A stretch of 64,000 nucleotides of DNA from positions 186,001-250,000 of the forward strand of contig NIVC01000211.1 of the NCBI GenBank assembly GCA_002269645.1, in the 5' to 3' direction. This document shows, one piece after another, positions 12,340 through 21,636 of the stretch. A program made the translations under genes and the position numbers. Each line of letters starts with the position of its first letter. The stretch's first letter is position 1. The notes under the pieces were generated by a model that was given only the letters and a program-made list of their open reading frames with translations, did no database searches and was not told the origin of the DNA. Origin of the DNA: Macrostomum lignano. Taxonomy: Eukaryota.

Positions 12340-13083
12340 ATGGTCGATATTGGAGAAGGCTACAAACTTCAAGTACAAGAGTATGAAGGAGTACAGTTTA
12401 TTGCGATTCGGAAATTTTATCGACATGGCAGCACAGCAAGTTTAAAACCTGGCGTTCCCGGATTTAACCTCAACATCCGACAATGGGAGAAGTTGAAAGA
12501 ACTGAAGCAAACTCTCGTGAAGGCGGCCCTAGGCGGGCAACAGAGGATCATCAAACTCGGTTTTGATAAGTTTGTTGAGGTTAAGAACGGCATCATCTGG
12601 CTAAGACGGCTTCCAGAAGATTGTTGCGAAGAATTTTTGAAGCGAAACACTGTGGCTTTGGCACCAGCTCTGTGGCGAAAACTGTGGGAGCAGGCTGCAT
12701 GGATCGACGAGCAGCTGTCTGCCCCGCGCCAAATTTCTGATGTGTATGAGCTGGAGTCGGGATCTTCGAGCGAGAGCAACGGTGATGATGATGACAACAG
12801 CAACAAGGACGACACCGTGCGGCTTGCGAAGACTGAGGATGAGGGCGTCCAATCAAGCACTCTGCGCATCGACGATGAAGTGGTCACATCAACGCCTCTA
12901 CCGGTGACAAGTGCTGCAGCTGGCTTTATCCCAAAGCAGGATTCGGATTTGCTGCAGGACCCAGTCTGGTATCGCTTCCGGGCTGAAGCAGCTGCGGTCG
13001 AGAACGTCAGGAAGCGCAAGCAGCCATATCCGCTGCGCAGGCATAATGCCATGAGACTGCGCCTCAATGAGGATGAGGAGTGA
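12340..13083 (+). CDS. Polinton-encoded protein with two tandem PC4 (p15/Sub1)-like domains and an acidic/basic tail, 247 aa
   Basis: VDIG..YKLQVQEYEGVQFIAIRKFY...LKPGVPGFNLNIRQWEKLKE matches the PC4 core (FQIG..[20 protein letters not shown]...[20 protein letters not shown]). A second, more divergent copy IKLG..KFVEV...IWLRR...VALAPALWRKLWEQAAWIDEQL follows. Confidence 0.8.
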   Translation: MVDIGEGYKLQVQEYEGVQFIAIRKFYRHGSTASLKPGVPGFNLNIRQWEKLKELKQTLVKAALGGQQRIIKLGFDKFVEVKNGIIWLRRLPEDCCEEFLKRNTVALAPALWRKLWEQAAWIDEQLSAPRQISDVYELESGSSSESNGDDDDNSNKDDTVRLAKTEDEGVQSSTLRIDDEVVTSTPLPVTSAAAGFIPKQDSDLLQDPVWYRFRAEAAAVENVRKRKQPYPLRRHNAMRLRLNEDEE

Positions 13084-13252
13084 AGAAGAAGAATAATAAG
13101 AAGTGCTTTGAAGAACTTTGGTGACTGGTGACGGACTTAAATTGGCTCATTTAACAATTTCTATAATTAACATTGCTCATTTATCCAGAAAACTTAATTA
13201 AGTCTCTCCATTTAAGAAAATCCTGCAACTTATTGTTTCTTATCGGCTGAAA

Positions 13253-13260
13253 TATATAAA
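13253..13260 (+). promoter_or_regulatory. Candidate TATA box upstream of the integrase region
   Basis: TATATAAA in the AT-rich interval before the integrase. Motif only. Confidence 0.35.
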
Positions 13261-13343
13261 AGCTTCTTTTCATAAAAAAATTGTTTTCCTTTGTTCTTGT
13301 GCTTAAGAAAAAATTTGACTGTTGACTTTTGTTTCTTGAGAAA

Positions 13344-13480
13344 ATGGAAAAAAAATTACTTTGCTCCTGGCCAACCAGCTAGTTTTTCAATTTGCTCAAA
13401 GCTGCTGCATCAAGTTGGAGAAGAGGGTGGGCATAAAAATTGAAAGAGCATTGAACAGTGGCTCAATGAGCAAACCGCGA
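13344..13480 (+). pseudogene. Degenerate direct duplication of the integrase 5' end
   Basis: ATGGAAAAAAAAATTACTTTGCTCCTGGCCAACCAGCTAGTTTTTC...CAAAGCTGCTGCAT...AAAGAGCATTGAACAGTGGCTCAATGAGCA parallels 13534-13670. Confidence 0.7.
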
Positions 13481-13533
13481 ACAGAACTTTAAAAAATTTG
13501 TTTTGCAGGCTTTCATTCAGCTTGATTTTGATA

Positions 13534-14604
13534 ATGGAAAAGATCTACTACAACCCTGCTCAGCCTGCCAGTTTTTCGGGTGTCTCAAAGCTTCTGCACG
13601 AGCTCAAGAAAACACAGGATAATCGTGAATCTAAAAAGAGCATCGGACAATGGCTGACTGAGCAGCCTGTGTACACACTGCACAAGCAAGCTAGGAGACG
13701 CTATCCTATGGCACCAATCATTGTTAGGGCTATTGATGATCAGTGGGAACTTGACCTGGTTGAGATGATACCATTTGCAAAATACAATAACGGCTACAAG
13801 TATATTCTCACATGTATAGATGTCCTCTCTAAATCTGGTTGGGCCAGGCCTCTAAAAAACAAATCAGCTGCGGAAGTCAAGTTCGCATTCGAGAGTATCC
13901 TGAGGTGCTCAAAGCGCCAGCCACGCACAGTCCGCACGGATCAAGGAAAAGAGTTCATCAATACCAATTTTCGGGAGTTCTGTATAAGCAAGGGAATTTT
14001 GGCATTCCCCACTAATAGTGAGCAAAAAGCAGCCATCATAGAGAGGTGGAATAGAACTTTGAAAAACAAAATGTGGCGATATTTCACCCACAAGAGCACT
14101 TTGCATTGGGTTGATGTGTTGCCAAAGCTGGTCAAGTCGTACAACAACACTTACCACAGAAGCATCAAAATGGCACCGACTAGCGTATGCAAAGAGAATG
14201 AGACTGAGGTCTGGATGAACCTTTACAATGGAAGAGCCATTGAGACTGTGAAGAAGCCAAAGAAGCCCAAATTCAGTGAAAAGCAGTCAGTGAGAATTTC
14301 CAATGCACCCAGGCTATTCTGCAAAGGATACAAGGCCAACTGGAGTGAGGAGGTGTACACTGTAGTATGTAGGGCACCGAAGCACTATCCGTACATGTAC
14401 AAGATTAGGGACATGAAGGGTGAGGCGATCCGGGGTCTCTTTCATGAGCATGAGCTGCAGGCGATGCCGGACTCACAGCGACTGTATGTGATTGAGAAGA
14501 TTCTGAAAACGGAGAAGCGGAAGGGAAAAATTCGCTATCTGGTGAAGTGGTCCGGCTACGACTCGACAGGCTGGGTGGATGAAAAAGACTTAAGAAAGGT
14601 TTAG
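13534..14604 (+). CDS. Polinton retroviral-like (rve) integrase with C-terminal chromodomain
   Basis: DDE triad in WELDLVEM, RTDQGKEF and IIERWNRTLK. Chromodomain YVIEKILKTEKRKGKIRYLVKWSGY. Open frame; first ATG at 13534. Confidence 0.95.
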   Translation: MEKIYYNPAQPASFSGVSKLLHELKKTQDNRESKKSIGQWLTEQPVYTLHKQARRRYPMAPIIVRAIDDQWELDLVEMIPFAKYNNGYKYILTCIDVLSKSGWARPLKNKSAAEVKFAFESILRCSKRQPRTVRTDQGKEFINTNFREFCISKGILAFPTNSEQKAAIIERWNRTLKNKMWRYFTHKSTLHWVDVLPKLVKSYNNTYHRSIKMAPTSVCKENETEVWMNLYNGRAIETVKKPKKPKFSEKQSVRISNAPRLFCKGYKANWSEEVYTVVCRAPKHYPYMYKIRDMKGEAIRGLFHEHELQAMPDSQRLYVIEKILKTEKRKGKIRYLVKWSGYDSTGWVDEKDLRKV

Positions 14605-14641
14605 CTTTTGCGCATCTCTTCTCATGAGGTTTAACATTATA

Positions 14642-15451
14642 ATGCAAACTATTTTGATTAACAGTGAGCATGCTGAAGGTACTCCTAGTGACTTTAATTT
14701 TTACCTGCCTTCACCTATTTACTTGGATCGAAATGTGGACTATGAGGCAGGTCTGGCTGAAATCCATCTGCCTGCTGCATGGTTCAATGTTGACGAGCCT
14801 TACTGCTTCACTGTCTCAGATGGAAGAGAGCATGAGGCCCTGGTTCTTCAACCCGGACGCTTTTCTAGAGTGGAGGAGCTGGTGGAGCGCCTGAATGAGC
14901 TGCTGGCCAACTCTGATTCGCTGTTCTTTGATGCGATGAGTGACAGGGAGTCTGAGATGGAGGCTGATGAGTCCGGCCTGATGGGGCGTAGTGGCAACAG
15001 GGAATTCGGTATGAAGTTCGAAATCCACAACTCACGAACTGTGGTGCACAACAACACTGCGAGAGCAGAGCTGTTTCTTCCATCTAGTAAAATTCTGCAT
15101 TGGCTGGGATTTGGAAACCAGGCTGTGAAAATCCAGCCAGGGAGCCGTGTGTCCGAGCACTGCATTGGCTGCCCGCGCACCAGCTTAATCAATGTGCACT
15201 GCAGTATCGTTGAGTCAACTAATTGCAACTTGGGCTCCCTGTTGAGAACAGTTGGAATGAAAGCCGGCATTGAATGGGGCAACTATCAAACAAAAATATT
15301 TAAGAAAACAATATTCTTCCCGATTCAACGAATCAGTCTTCTTCACAGCATTCGAGTTCAGCTGCGTGACATCTATGGTTGCCCAGTGATTGCCCAGAAA
15401 CTCAGCCCTGTTCTGCTCACAGTTCAGATTCGGGAGAAACGCATTCAATGA
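14642..15451 (+). CDS. Polinton minor capsid protein (penton-like)
   Basis: SDFNFYLPSPIYLD..YEAGLAEIHLPAAWFNV N-terminus, C-terminal INVHCSIVES...LLRTV...SIRVQLRD, and position next to the MCP. Confidence 0.8.
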   Translation: MQTILINSEHAEGTPSDFNFYLPSPIYLDRNVDYEAGLAEIHLPAAWFNVDEPYCFTVSDGREHEALVLQPGRFSRVEELVERLNELLANSDSLFFDAMSDRESEMEADESGLMGRSGNREFGMKFEIHNSRTVVHNNTARAELFLPSSKILHWLGFGNQAVKIQPGSRVSEHCIGCPRTSLINVHCSIVESTNCNLGSLLRTVGMKAGIEWGNYQTKIFKKTIFFPIQRISLLHSIRVQLRDIYGCPVIAQKLSPVLLTVQIREKRIQ

Positions 15452-15837
15452 ACTACCAGCAGCTGATCCAGCAATATTCGGGGGTGAGGACAGGACACGA
15501 AAAGCCTGCACTCTATGGCTGTGGGAGCTTTCCGGGGATCATGACATACCAGCCTCCTCCAGCGGCTACATCATCATTCTCAACGCATAGCAATGTCAGG
15601 CGCAAAAGAAATATTGAAGCAAGTCCGAAACGATTGAAGAAGAAGAAGTACACCCGAAAGGCAACTGGTAGAGATCGCACTAATAAGAGGTGCAATGAAA
15701 GAAATCCGAGCAAGGCTAGTAGGAAAAAGCTTAAGAATAGGAAGACGAAAGCAAAGAAGAATAGAGCAGGTGGAGGAAAGCGAAAGCGAAAAGTCAGCAA
15801 GAAAACTGTGAAACGCGTGCTCGACTCTCTGTCATAG
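15448..15837 (+). CDS. Very Lys/Arg-rich small protein, putative core/DNA-condensing protein, 129 aa
   Basis: ATGA overlap with the penton stop. C-terminal half is dominated by K/R (RRKRN...KKKKYTRK...KRKRKVSKK). Function is inferred. Confidence 0.55.
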   Translation: MNYQQLIQQYSGVRTGHEKPALYGCGSFPGIMTYQPPPAATSSFSTHSNVRRKRNIEASPKRLKKKKYTRKATGRDRTNKRCNERNPSKASRKKLKNRKTKAKKNRAGGGKRKRKVSKKTVKRVLDSLS

Positions 15838-15841
15838 ACAT

Positions 15842-18151
15842 GTGGCTTACGGATTCAATCCCAGACTTGATTTATTTAAGACGCCTGTTCTACAAACCTG
15901 CATTGAAAAAGCTACTTATGTTGATATTCACCCAGTAAATTCCATTACTGCAAACTCCCCCATTGAATTTGACTGCCACCAATCTGCCGATGAATACACT
16001 GATTTGCTTAATTCTTTTCTTTATATTCGCTGCCGCCTTGTGAGACTGTATGGGGGTTTGCTGAGGGAGGATGTTCGAGATGGAGATGGCATCATCACCG
16101 AGCGCAAAGACAGTGATGTGCACCCAGAAAACTTTGTTCTGTCTACAGCCTTCTCAGATGTAATTGTGAGCATTAACCAGCGAGTGGTGTCTGGTGGAGA
16201 CCAGCTCTATCCCTACCATGAGTACTTCAAAGCACTAATGAGCTCATCCGATGCCCAGCAACTAAAACTTTACCCTGCTGGCTTCCTGGAGCCGAACTCG
16301 GCAGCTGAAGAGCACACGGAGAGCCACAGGGAATCCCGATGGATGGAGTTGTAGAGTATTATATCTCCCAGAAAAGTTATTTAAAATTGTTAACGTACTA
16401 CTTAAATAGTAGTAATTTGAGGAGCATGTATAAGGATATGCGCTGAACCATACATATATTCGAATTAACCAATAGAAAGAGAGAAATCTCGAGCATGCTA
16501 ATTTTAGAAATCACCCAATCACGTGCGACCAACAACTGTCAATTCAAACCCCACCTTCAAGTCATCATTTGGTTTGCACTCGGGTTGCACCCGGATGAAC
16601 CAATCAAAGTCTACCAGCTACGGTAACCAATCATGCGCTTTTACAGTAGACTAGTTGCGCAACTTTCTACCCTGTCATGCTTGACAGCCACCGAATCGTG
16701 ACCCTTTGACATTTGCGAAGACAGTGATGTACGACCTCGAGAGAGGTCTGAACGCCTATAAATACAAGTGGTCTGGAACGGACTCAGAGCCAACAATTCC
16801 TCCGGAAGGAGAAGAGCTCCGAAGAGGAAGCCACTACAGGACTTCCTACAGAAGACTCGTCGAGTTCTTGCGGTAAGCCTTACTCATTTGCGCCTGTGTT
16901 TCGAGACGTCTCGTTGGAGTTTAGTTTGAGTCTGTTGAGACTCCTGAGTCTGTCTAGACTCTACTGGTTGCAGTCTCCAGAAGGACTGCCCCTGATAGAT
17001 CTTAGAAGACTATCAGTGGTTTCCGGAGCTATATCTAGAGTGCATAGAGGCACTGCTAGAAGGAGTAGGCTTATATTAAACCGCAGTTTGGCGCAGGGTA
17101 CCCATTGTTGATTTGGAAGCTTCCCATTGGTCCGCACTACAGATACCGGCCGGAAACGACTTCAGTGGACGAAAAGGAACGCGGACCTGGTTACGAACAT
17201 AGACGTCTAACGAAGTTCGAGGGTCAAAGGAAGTCCGAGAACTACAGAACTACAGAAGAGCTCTCCGATACAGGACTCAAGGTAATACATACCTTCATTT
17301 GATTACTGGGTTGCCTAGCTACAGAGCTAGAAGTGAGTGTTCTTTGATTACCAAAAGTCGGGTAATAAGGAACACATCAGAGTATGCGAGACCGCTCTTC
17401 AGCGATGTTTTCCAGTGCCCAGTGTTTCTGCTAAACAATCTGCACTTGCACATCAAACTGGTGCCCAGCGATGGGGCATTTGCTATCAGAAGCCCGAATG
17501 CAAACAACGCGGCATATCGCATGGAAATCTCTCACTGCATTTTGCATCTTCGCCGAGTCAAAGTGGTGCCCCACATCAGCCTGGCCCACGAGCAGGGGCT
17601 GACAAACCAAAATGCACTGTATCCCATCGAGCGAACTGAAATGCAGAACTTCATCCTACCCCAGGGCATTCAATCTAAAAACATTGAAGGATTCACTCAT
17701 GGAAAATTGCCGAAGTTCATCATGCTGGCCTTCGTGAGCCACCGTGCATTCAACGGTCATCATCACGTTCCAGTTCCAGAGCTTCAACCTTAGCTGGTTG
17801 GCTCTAAAGAAAGGTGGGGAAACCGTGTGCCACGGTGCCTTCACACCTGAAAACAATTCCTTTGTAAGAGAATACTTGCACTACCTGAAAAGCTGTCAAT
17901 CTGCAAGCCACACGAACTCGGTTCCGTGGATCCCTTACCAGCTCTTCTCCAACAACAACACGGTTTTTGCTTTCGATCTCACACCCGAGGGAGCGGCTCT
18001 GTGGTACGGACAGGAGGAGGGCAACCTGCGGCTGGAGATTCGCTTCCGACAGGCTCTGGACGAAACGGTGTCCCTGATCGCTCTGTGCCTGTATGACTCG
18101 CTGATTGAGGTCACCAAGCACCGGGAGCTTTTGCTGGACTATTCCTCTTAA
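15842..18151 (+). pseudogene. Polinton major capsid protein (double jelly-roll), split by a solo LTR and frameshifted near 17770
   Basis: LDLFKTPVLQTCIE...HPVNSITANSPIEF...YTDLLNSFLY (15842-16349). PLFSDVF...GKLPKFIMLAFVSHRAFNG (17324-17770). FAFDLTP...GNLRLEIRF...LCLYDSLIEV (to 18151). Confidence 0.9.
16350..17323. mobile_element. Solo LTR (974 bp) inserted in the major capsid gene
   Basis: TGTAG...CTACA inverted termini, near-TSD GAGT/GAGC, several CCAAT boxes and TATAAATA at 16757. No coding capacity; it interrupts the MCP. Confidence 0.7.
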
Positions 18152-18156
18152 CTGGC

Positions 18157-18666
18157 ATGGAAGCAATTCAACTACTCCATCTCGCCAGAAAATTTTTGTC
18201 TTGCCGAAAATTCCTCATCATTACTTTACATTCACGCTATAAAAATGTATTGTCTTTGAGTCTAAAAAGAAAATATCGATCAATTCCCTTTGAAAACAAG
18301 TTTGTGTTTATCCTACTACAGCACAATGGCTCATTTGGTCATTGGGTGGTGTGCTATGCTGGGCAAGGAAATTGCATTGAGCTGTTCAACTCCCTCGGCT
18401 GGGAACCTGAAATTTAATCTGTGGTTTATAATTTGTTTCGAGAGATTAATACAACTGGCTTTTGGCTCCGAAGCAATAAAAACAGATTTCAATGTGCTAA
18501 CTCTAATAAATGCGGAGTGTTTTGCATCTATTTTGCTTATCAAAAGTTGCTGATCAATCGGTCATTTGAGGGTATTTTAAAGAGTTTGCACTCTAATGAA
18601 AAAAATCATTTGAATGATAGAATCTTACAGAGGTTTGAAGCCAACTTAAGAAAAAGATGTCCGTGA
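18157..18666 (+). pseudogene. Adenain-like cysteine protease with in-frame TAA at 18415-18417
   Basis: GHWVVC...ELFNSLG (usually FDS) and, in the same frame after the stop, RFQ...NKCGVFC. Confidence 0.85.
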
Positions 18667-18695
18667 TTTTCTAGAACTATATTTATGCATTAGAC

Positions 18696-19343
18696 ATGGG
18701 AGAAAAGCGAGTTTGCTACGATATCCGCCTCAGGCAGGGAAGCTGCATGATTGTCTGCGGGCCCACCAATGCAGGAAAAACAACCTTTGTCAAACACCTG
18801 ATCCAGTACAGAGACGTCATGTTTGATGTGAAGCCTGGCAGAGTTCTGTGGTACTATGGGATCTCACAGGCAGGCCATGCAGAACTGAGCAGCCTAGGTG
18901 TGCAGCTGCGCCAGGGATTTCCCACCAACATCGAGGCAGCACTTAGGCCCAATGACCTGGTTGTTTTCGATGACTTAATAGAGGAAACTTCAAATTCTGC
19001 TTCAATGCGAAATTTTTTCACAGGAATCGCACATCACTTGCCGTGCTTTTTGGTGATGCTGACTCAGAATATATTTTTCAAGGGAAAAGAGTCGCGAACA
19101 ATGAGCTTGAATGTAATGTATTTAGCTATCTTGAAAAACCCCAGAGACCAGCTGCAGATTGCAGCACTGGGCAGGCAGTGCTTTACAGAGAAGCCCGGCT
19201 TTCTGCTGTCAGTGTTCAAGCACGTGACCGCGCAGAACAGGGGAGCCTACCTGTTCCTAGACTTTCACCCATCAACTCCCGATGAGCTGCGAGTGCGGGC
19301 CAGAATTCTGCCCAACCAGCGACCCCATCTTGTATTTGCTTAA
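18696..19343 (+). CDS. Polinton genome-packaging ATPase (A32/FtsK-like)
   Basis: Walker A GPTNAGKT, Walker B LVVFDDL, and SLNVMYLAILKNPRD. Confidence 0.93.
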   Translation: MGEKRVCYDIRLRQGSCMIVCGPTNAGKTTFVKHLIQYRDVMFDVKPGRVLWYYGISQAGHAELSSLGVQLRQGFPTNIEAALRPNDLVVFDDLIEETSNSASMRNFFTGIAHHLPCFLVMLTQNIFFKGKESRTMSLNVMYLAILKNPRDQLQIAALGRQCFTEKPGFLLSVFKHVTAQNRGAYLFLDFHPSTPDELRVRARILPNQRPHLVFA

Positions 19344-19385
19344 GAAAGTGAAGCTTGTTTTTTATCAGCTATTGTTTTCATCGCT

Positions 19386-19724
19386 ATGGAAGTGCTTGAT
19401 TCACATGCAAGTCTTTTTGCGGTTCTTGCGTCACCTAAATATACCGTGCGCTTCAAGCGGCTGTTGATAAAAAAATGTCCAAAAGAAGTGCGTTATTTTC
19501 TTGTTGAGGCCTGTCATAATCTCTTACAAAACAATTTATCGTTTTCGATCGATGAAAAAGCTGTTCTTGCAAATTCAAAAGAGATAATTCGAAAAATTAC
19601 TCAGCAGAGAAGAAAGAAAGACCTGTTAAAGGCTGGCTTCATCAAAATACTCCCGATTCTGCTTAAGCTGGTAAAGAAGAAGAAGCAAAATGAACAAATT
19701 TTCAGAAATGGTTCTGATTTCTAA
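19386..19724 (+). CDS. Small conserved Polinton protein of unknown function
   Basis: LVEACHNLLQNNL...KKDLLKAGFIKILPILL resembles the small protein commonly found after the ATPase. Recognised from memory of the family. Confidence 0.55.
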   Translation: MEVLDSHASLFAVLASPKYTVRFKRLLIKKCPKEVRYFLVEACHNLLQNNLSFSIDEKAVLANSKEIIRKITQQRRKKDLLKAGFIKILPILLKLVKKKKQNEQIFRNGSDF

Positions 19725-20382
19725 AGCAGAGTATGAGATGTTGGTGCAGAATTTGAAGCCAAATGAGAATAGCACTGACGCTGACTTGAAGCAGGCTCAG
19801 AAGAAATGCGATGATATCTTGTATGCCGATGATTATCCAGAAGATGTGAAAACCGCCATGTATCAAAGTGCAATGCAAAGTTTGCTGGCCAAGCGCAAGT
19901 ACGCTGGAAAAGAAGGATCACGAAATACTGAAGCCAAGTTGATGAAAACAGAGACACCCCAGATGAACACCTGGGAAGAGAAGATCAGCAAGTCGGTGCC
20001 ACAGAAATTCAAAACCAGGGCTCGCAGTCTATGGACGATCCTGTCCACCAATCCAGAGCTGATTCGAGTTTGTGAAAACGGGGAGGTGGAAATCACAGGC
20101 ACTTCAATCCCTTCCTCAAACATACTGGACTTGATTCAGCACGCAGTGAGGGATTCGCCATGTGAGCGTGAACCAGTTGGGTGGAACGAGTTCATCGATT
20201 TGCTGCAGCAGAAAAAGCTTAATGTTCCGCTTTCTGCTGTTGGTAAATCAGTTAAAAAGAAAATGGCAACCAGCAGAGGGGGTGAACTGGAGAAAGAACA
20301 GGAGAGTCTAGTCAAGGGGTACGGGAGCAACACAGCCTGGCTGAAACTGCCCGGAAGAAAAATATATAAGAATGGGAACTGA
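19690..20382 (+). CDS. Conserved Polinton hypothetical protein
   Basis: GEVEITGTSIPSSNILDLIQHAVR...PVGWNEFIDLL...NVPLSAVG pattern typical of a Polinton core hypothetical. Intact ORF. Confidence 0.6.
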   Translation: MNKFSEMVLISKAEYEMLVQNLKPNENSTDADLKQAQKKCDDILYADDYPEDVKTAMYQSAMQSLLAKRKYAGKEGSRNTEAKLMKTETPQMNTWEEKISKSVPQKFKTRARSLWTILSTNPELIRVCENGEVEITGTSIPSSNILDLIQHAVRDSPCEREPVGWNEFIDLLQQKKLNVPLSAVGKSVKKKMATSRGGELEKEQESLVKGYGSNTAWLKLPGRKIYKNGN

Positions 20383-20410
20383 CTCCGAAATTTCGAGGGA
20401 AAGCTGCATC

Positions 20411-20885
20411 ATGAACTACATTGACTTCCAAGGATTCCCGTGCAACAGCAAAAAATTTGTTGTGAAGGAGTTGGCAGTTGTTCAAGTCAGAGTGGGAAGC
20501 TACCGCATTGCTCACCATGTGTACGCACCTCCGTATCCATGGGAGAGAGTCTCACCTGACATGCGAGTTTGCTACAGACAGCTATCAAAGAGTCTGCACC
20601 AGTTTAAGTGGAATGATGGAACCCGTCCGTACATGGAACTGGCGGAAGACATTCTGAGCATTGCCAGTGGTCCGATCTGGACAAATGGGGAAAGGAAGTC
20701 TATTTTCCTGACTGAGCTGCTTGGTAGACAGGTTTATAACCTAGAAGATTTGGGAGCACCCTCGACTGAAGATTCAGATACTGGCTGTGCAGTGAGAAAT
20801 TCGTTGCTGCACTACAGTTGGCTTAAGCCAAAGTTCTGCATCAACTTAAGAAGCGAGCAGTGTCCGTGGCACACGAGCAGTAAAG
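20411..20885 (+). CDS. DEDD/DnaQ-like exonuclease-fold protein; ORF runs on out of frame across the TBP gene to 21256
   Basis: YIDFQGF...FVVKELAVV...PPYPW...HQFKWNDG...LGRQVYNLEDLGAP. The tail beyond ~20885 is an off-frame reading of the TBP gene. Confidence 0.6.
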
Positions 20886-20924
20886 TTGGCAGAAGCAGAT
20901 TTGGTGAAGAAGTTGACGATCGAA

Positions 20925-21515
20925 ATGAGCCCACCAGCTACAGCCCTAAGAGTGACCAATCTGGTTGGCGGAGTAGATCTGAGGCTGGATGGTGGCAGGG
21001 GCGCTCAGCTACCTCTACGGGAACTGGCTCTCAGCATGGCTCATGTGATCTACCGGCCCGTCTGGCCCCGGGTGCTCATCAAGCGGATGCGGAGTCCCAG
21101 AGTGACTCTGCTACTCTACCCTACTGGGCAACTGAGCATCTGCGGTGCCAAGACCCACGCAGACGCCAAAAGGGCTGCCCGTCGCTTCGTGGCTATGCTG
21201 CATCGGAGAGTGCCAGCTCAACTGCTGCCTCCTCAAGCCATTTGTGTTCGGATTAAAACTATTACTGCTCATGGTAAATTTAACTTCTGCAATGCTTTGT
21301 CCCTCGCAAATCTTGCTGCCTCTGGCATACTGTCTTACGCTGAGTATGAGCCCGAGTCGTTCTCTGCTCTAATTTCTACATTACGTTATTGTAAATGCTT
21401 GTTATTTCATACTGGTTCTTTTGTTCTTAGTGGAGCAAAATCTATGAGCATGTTGCGCTTCGACCTTTCTACGTTGCATAGTTTAATCAGCCAGTTTATC
21501 ACCTATCAAAAATAA
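20925..21515 (+). CDS. TATA-binding protein (TBP)-like protein encoded inside the Polinton, 196 aa from the first ATG
   Basis: Both TBP saddle repeats are recognisable: VTNLVG...PRVTLLLYPTGQLSICGAK...AKRAARRF, and YEPESFSALI...CLLFHTGSFVLSGAK. Compare TBP QNIVS...PRTTALIFSSGKMVCTGAK...SRLAARKY...YEPELFPGLI...LLIFVSGKVVLTGAK. Confidence 0.9.
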   Translation: MSPPATALRVTNLVGGVDLRLDGGRGAQLPLRELALSMAHVIYRPVWPRVLIKRMRSPRVTLLLYPTGQLSICGAKTHADAKRAARRFVAMLHRRVPAQLLPPQAICVRIKTITAHGKFNFCNALSLANLAASGILSYAEYEPESFSALISTLRYCKCLLFHTGSFVLSGAKSMSMLRFDLSTLHSLISQFITYQK

Positions 21516-21636
21516 ACAAAAAGTGTGTTCCGTTTGTTCTTGATACGGATAAAGGCGAGTATATGTTTGAAGAAACCAAAGACTAAATATTCAGAATAAA
21601 ATGTGTAGAGGCCGTGTGATAAAAAGCTATACTCAG

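Noticed and set aside
20886-21256. Long C-terminal extension of the exonuclease-like ORF as a real domain
   Set aside because: It is the alternative frame of the TBP-like gene, with no recognisable motifs.
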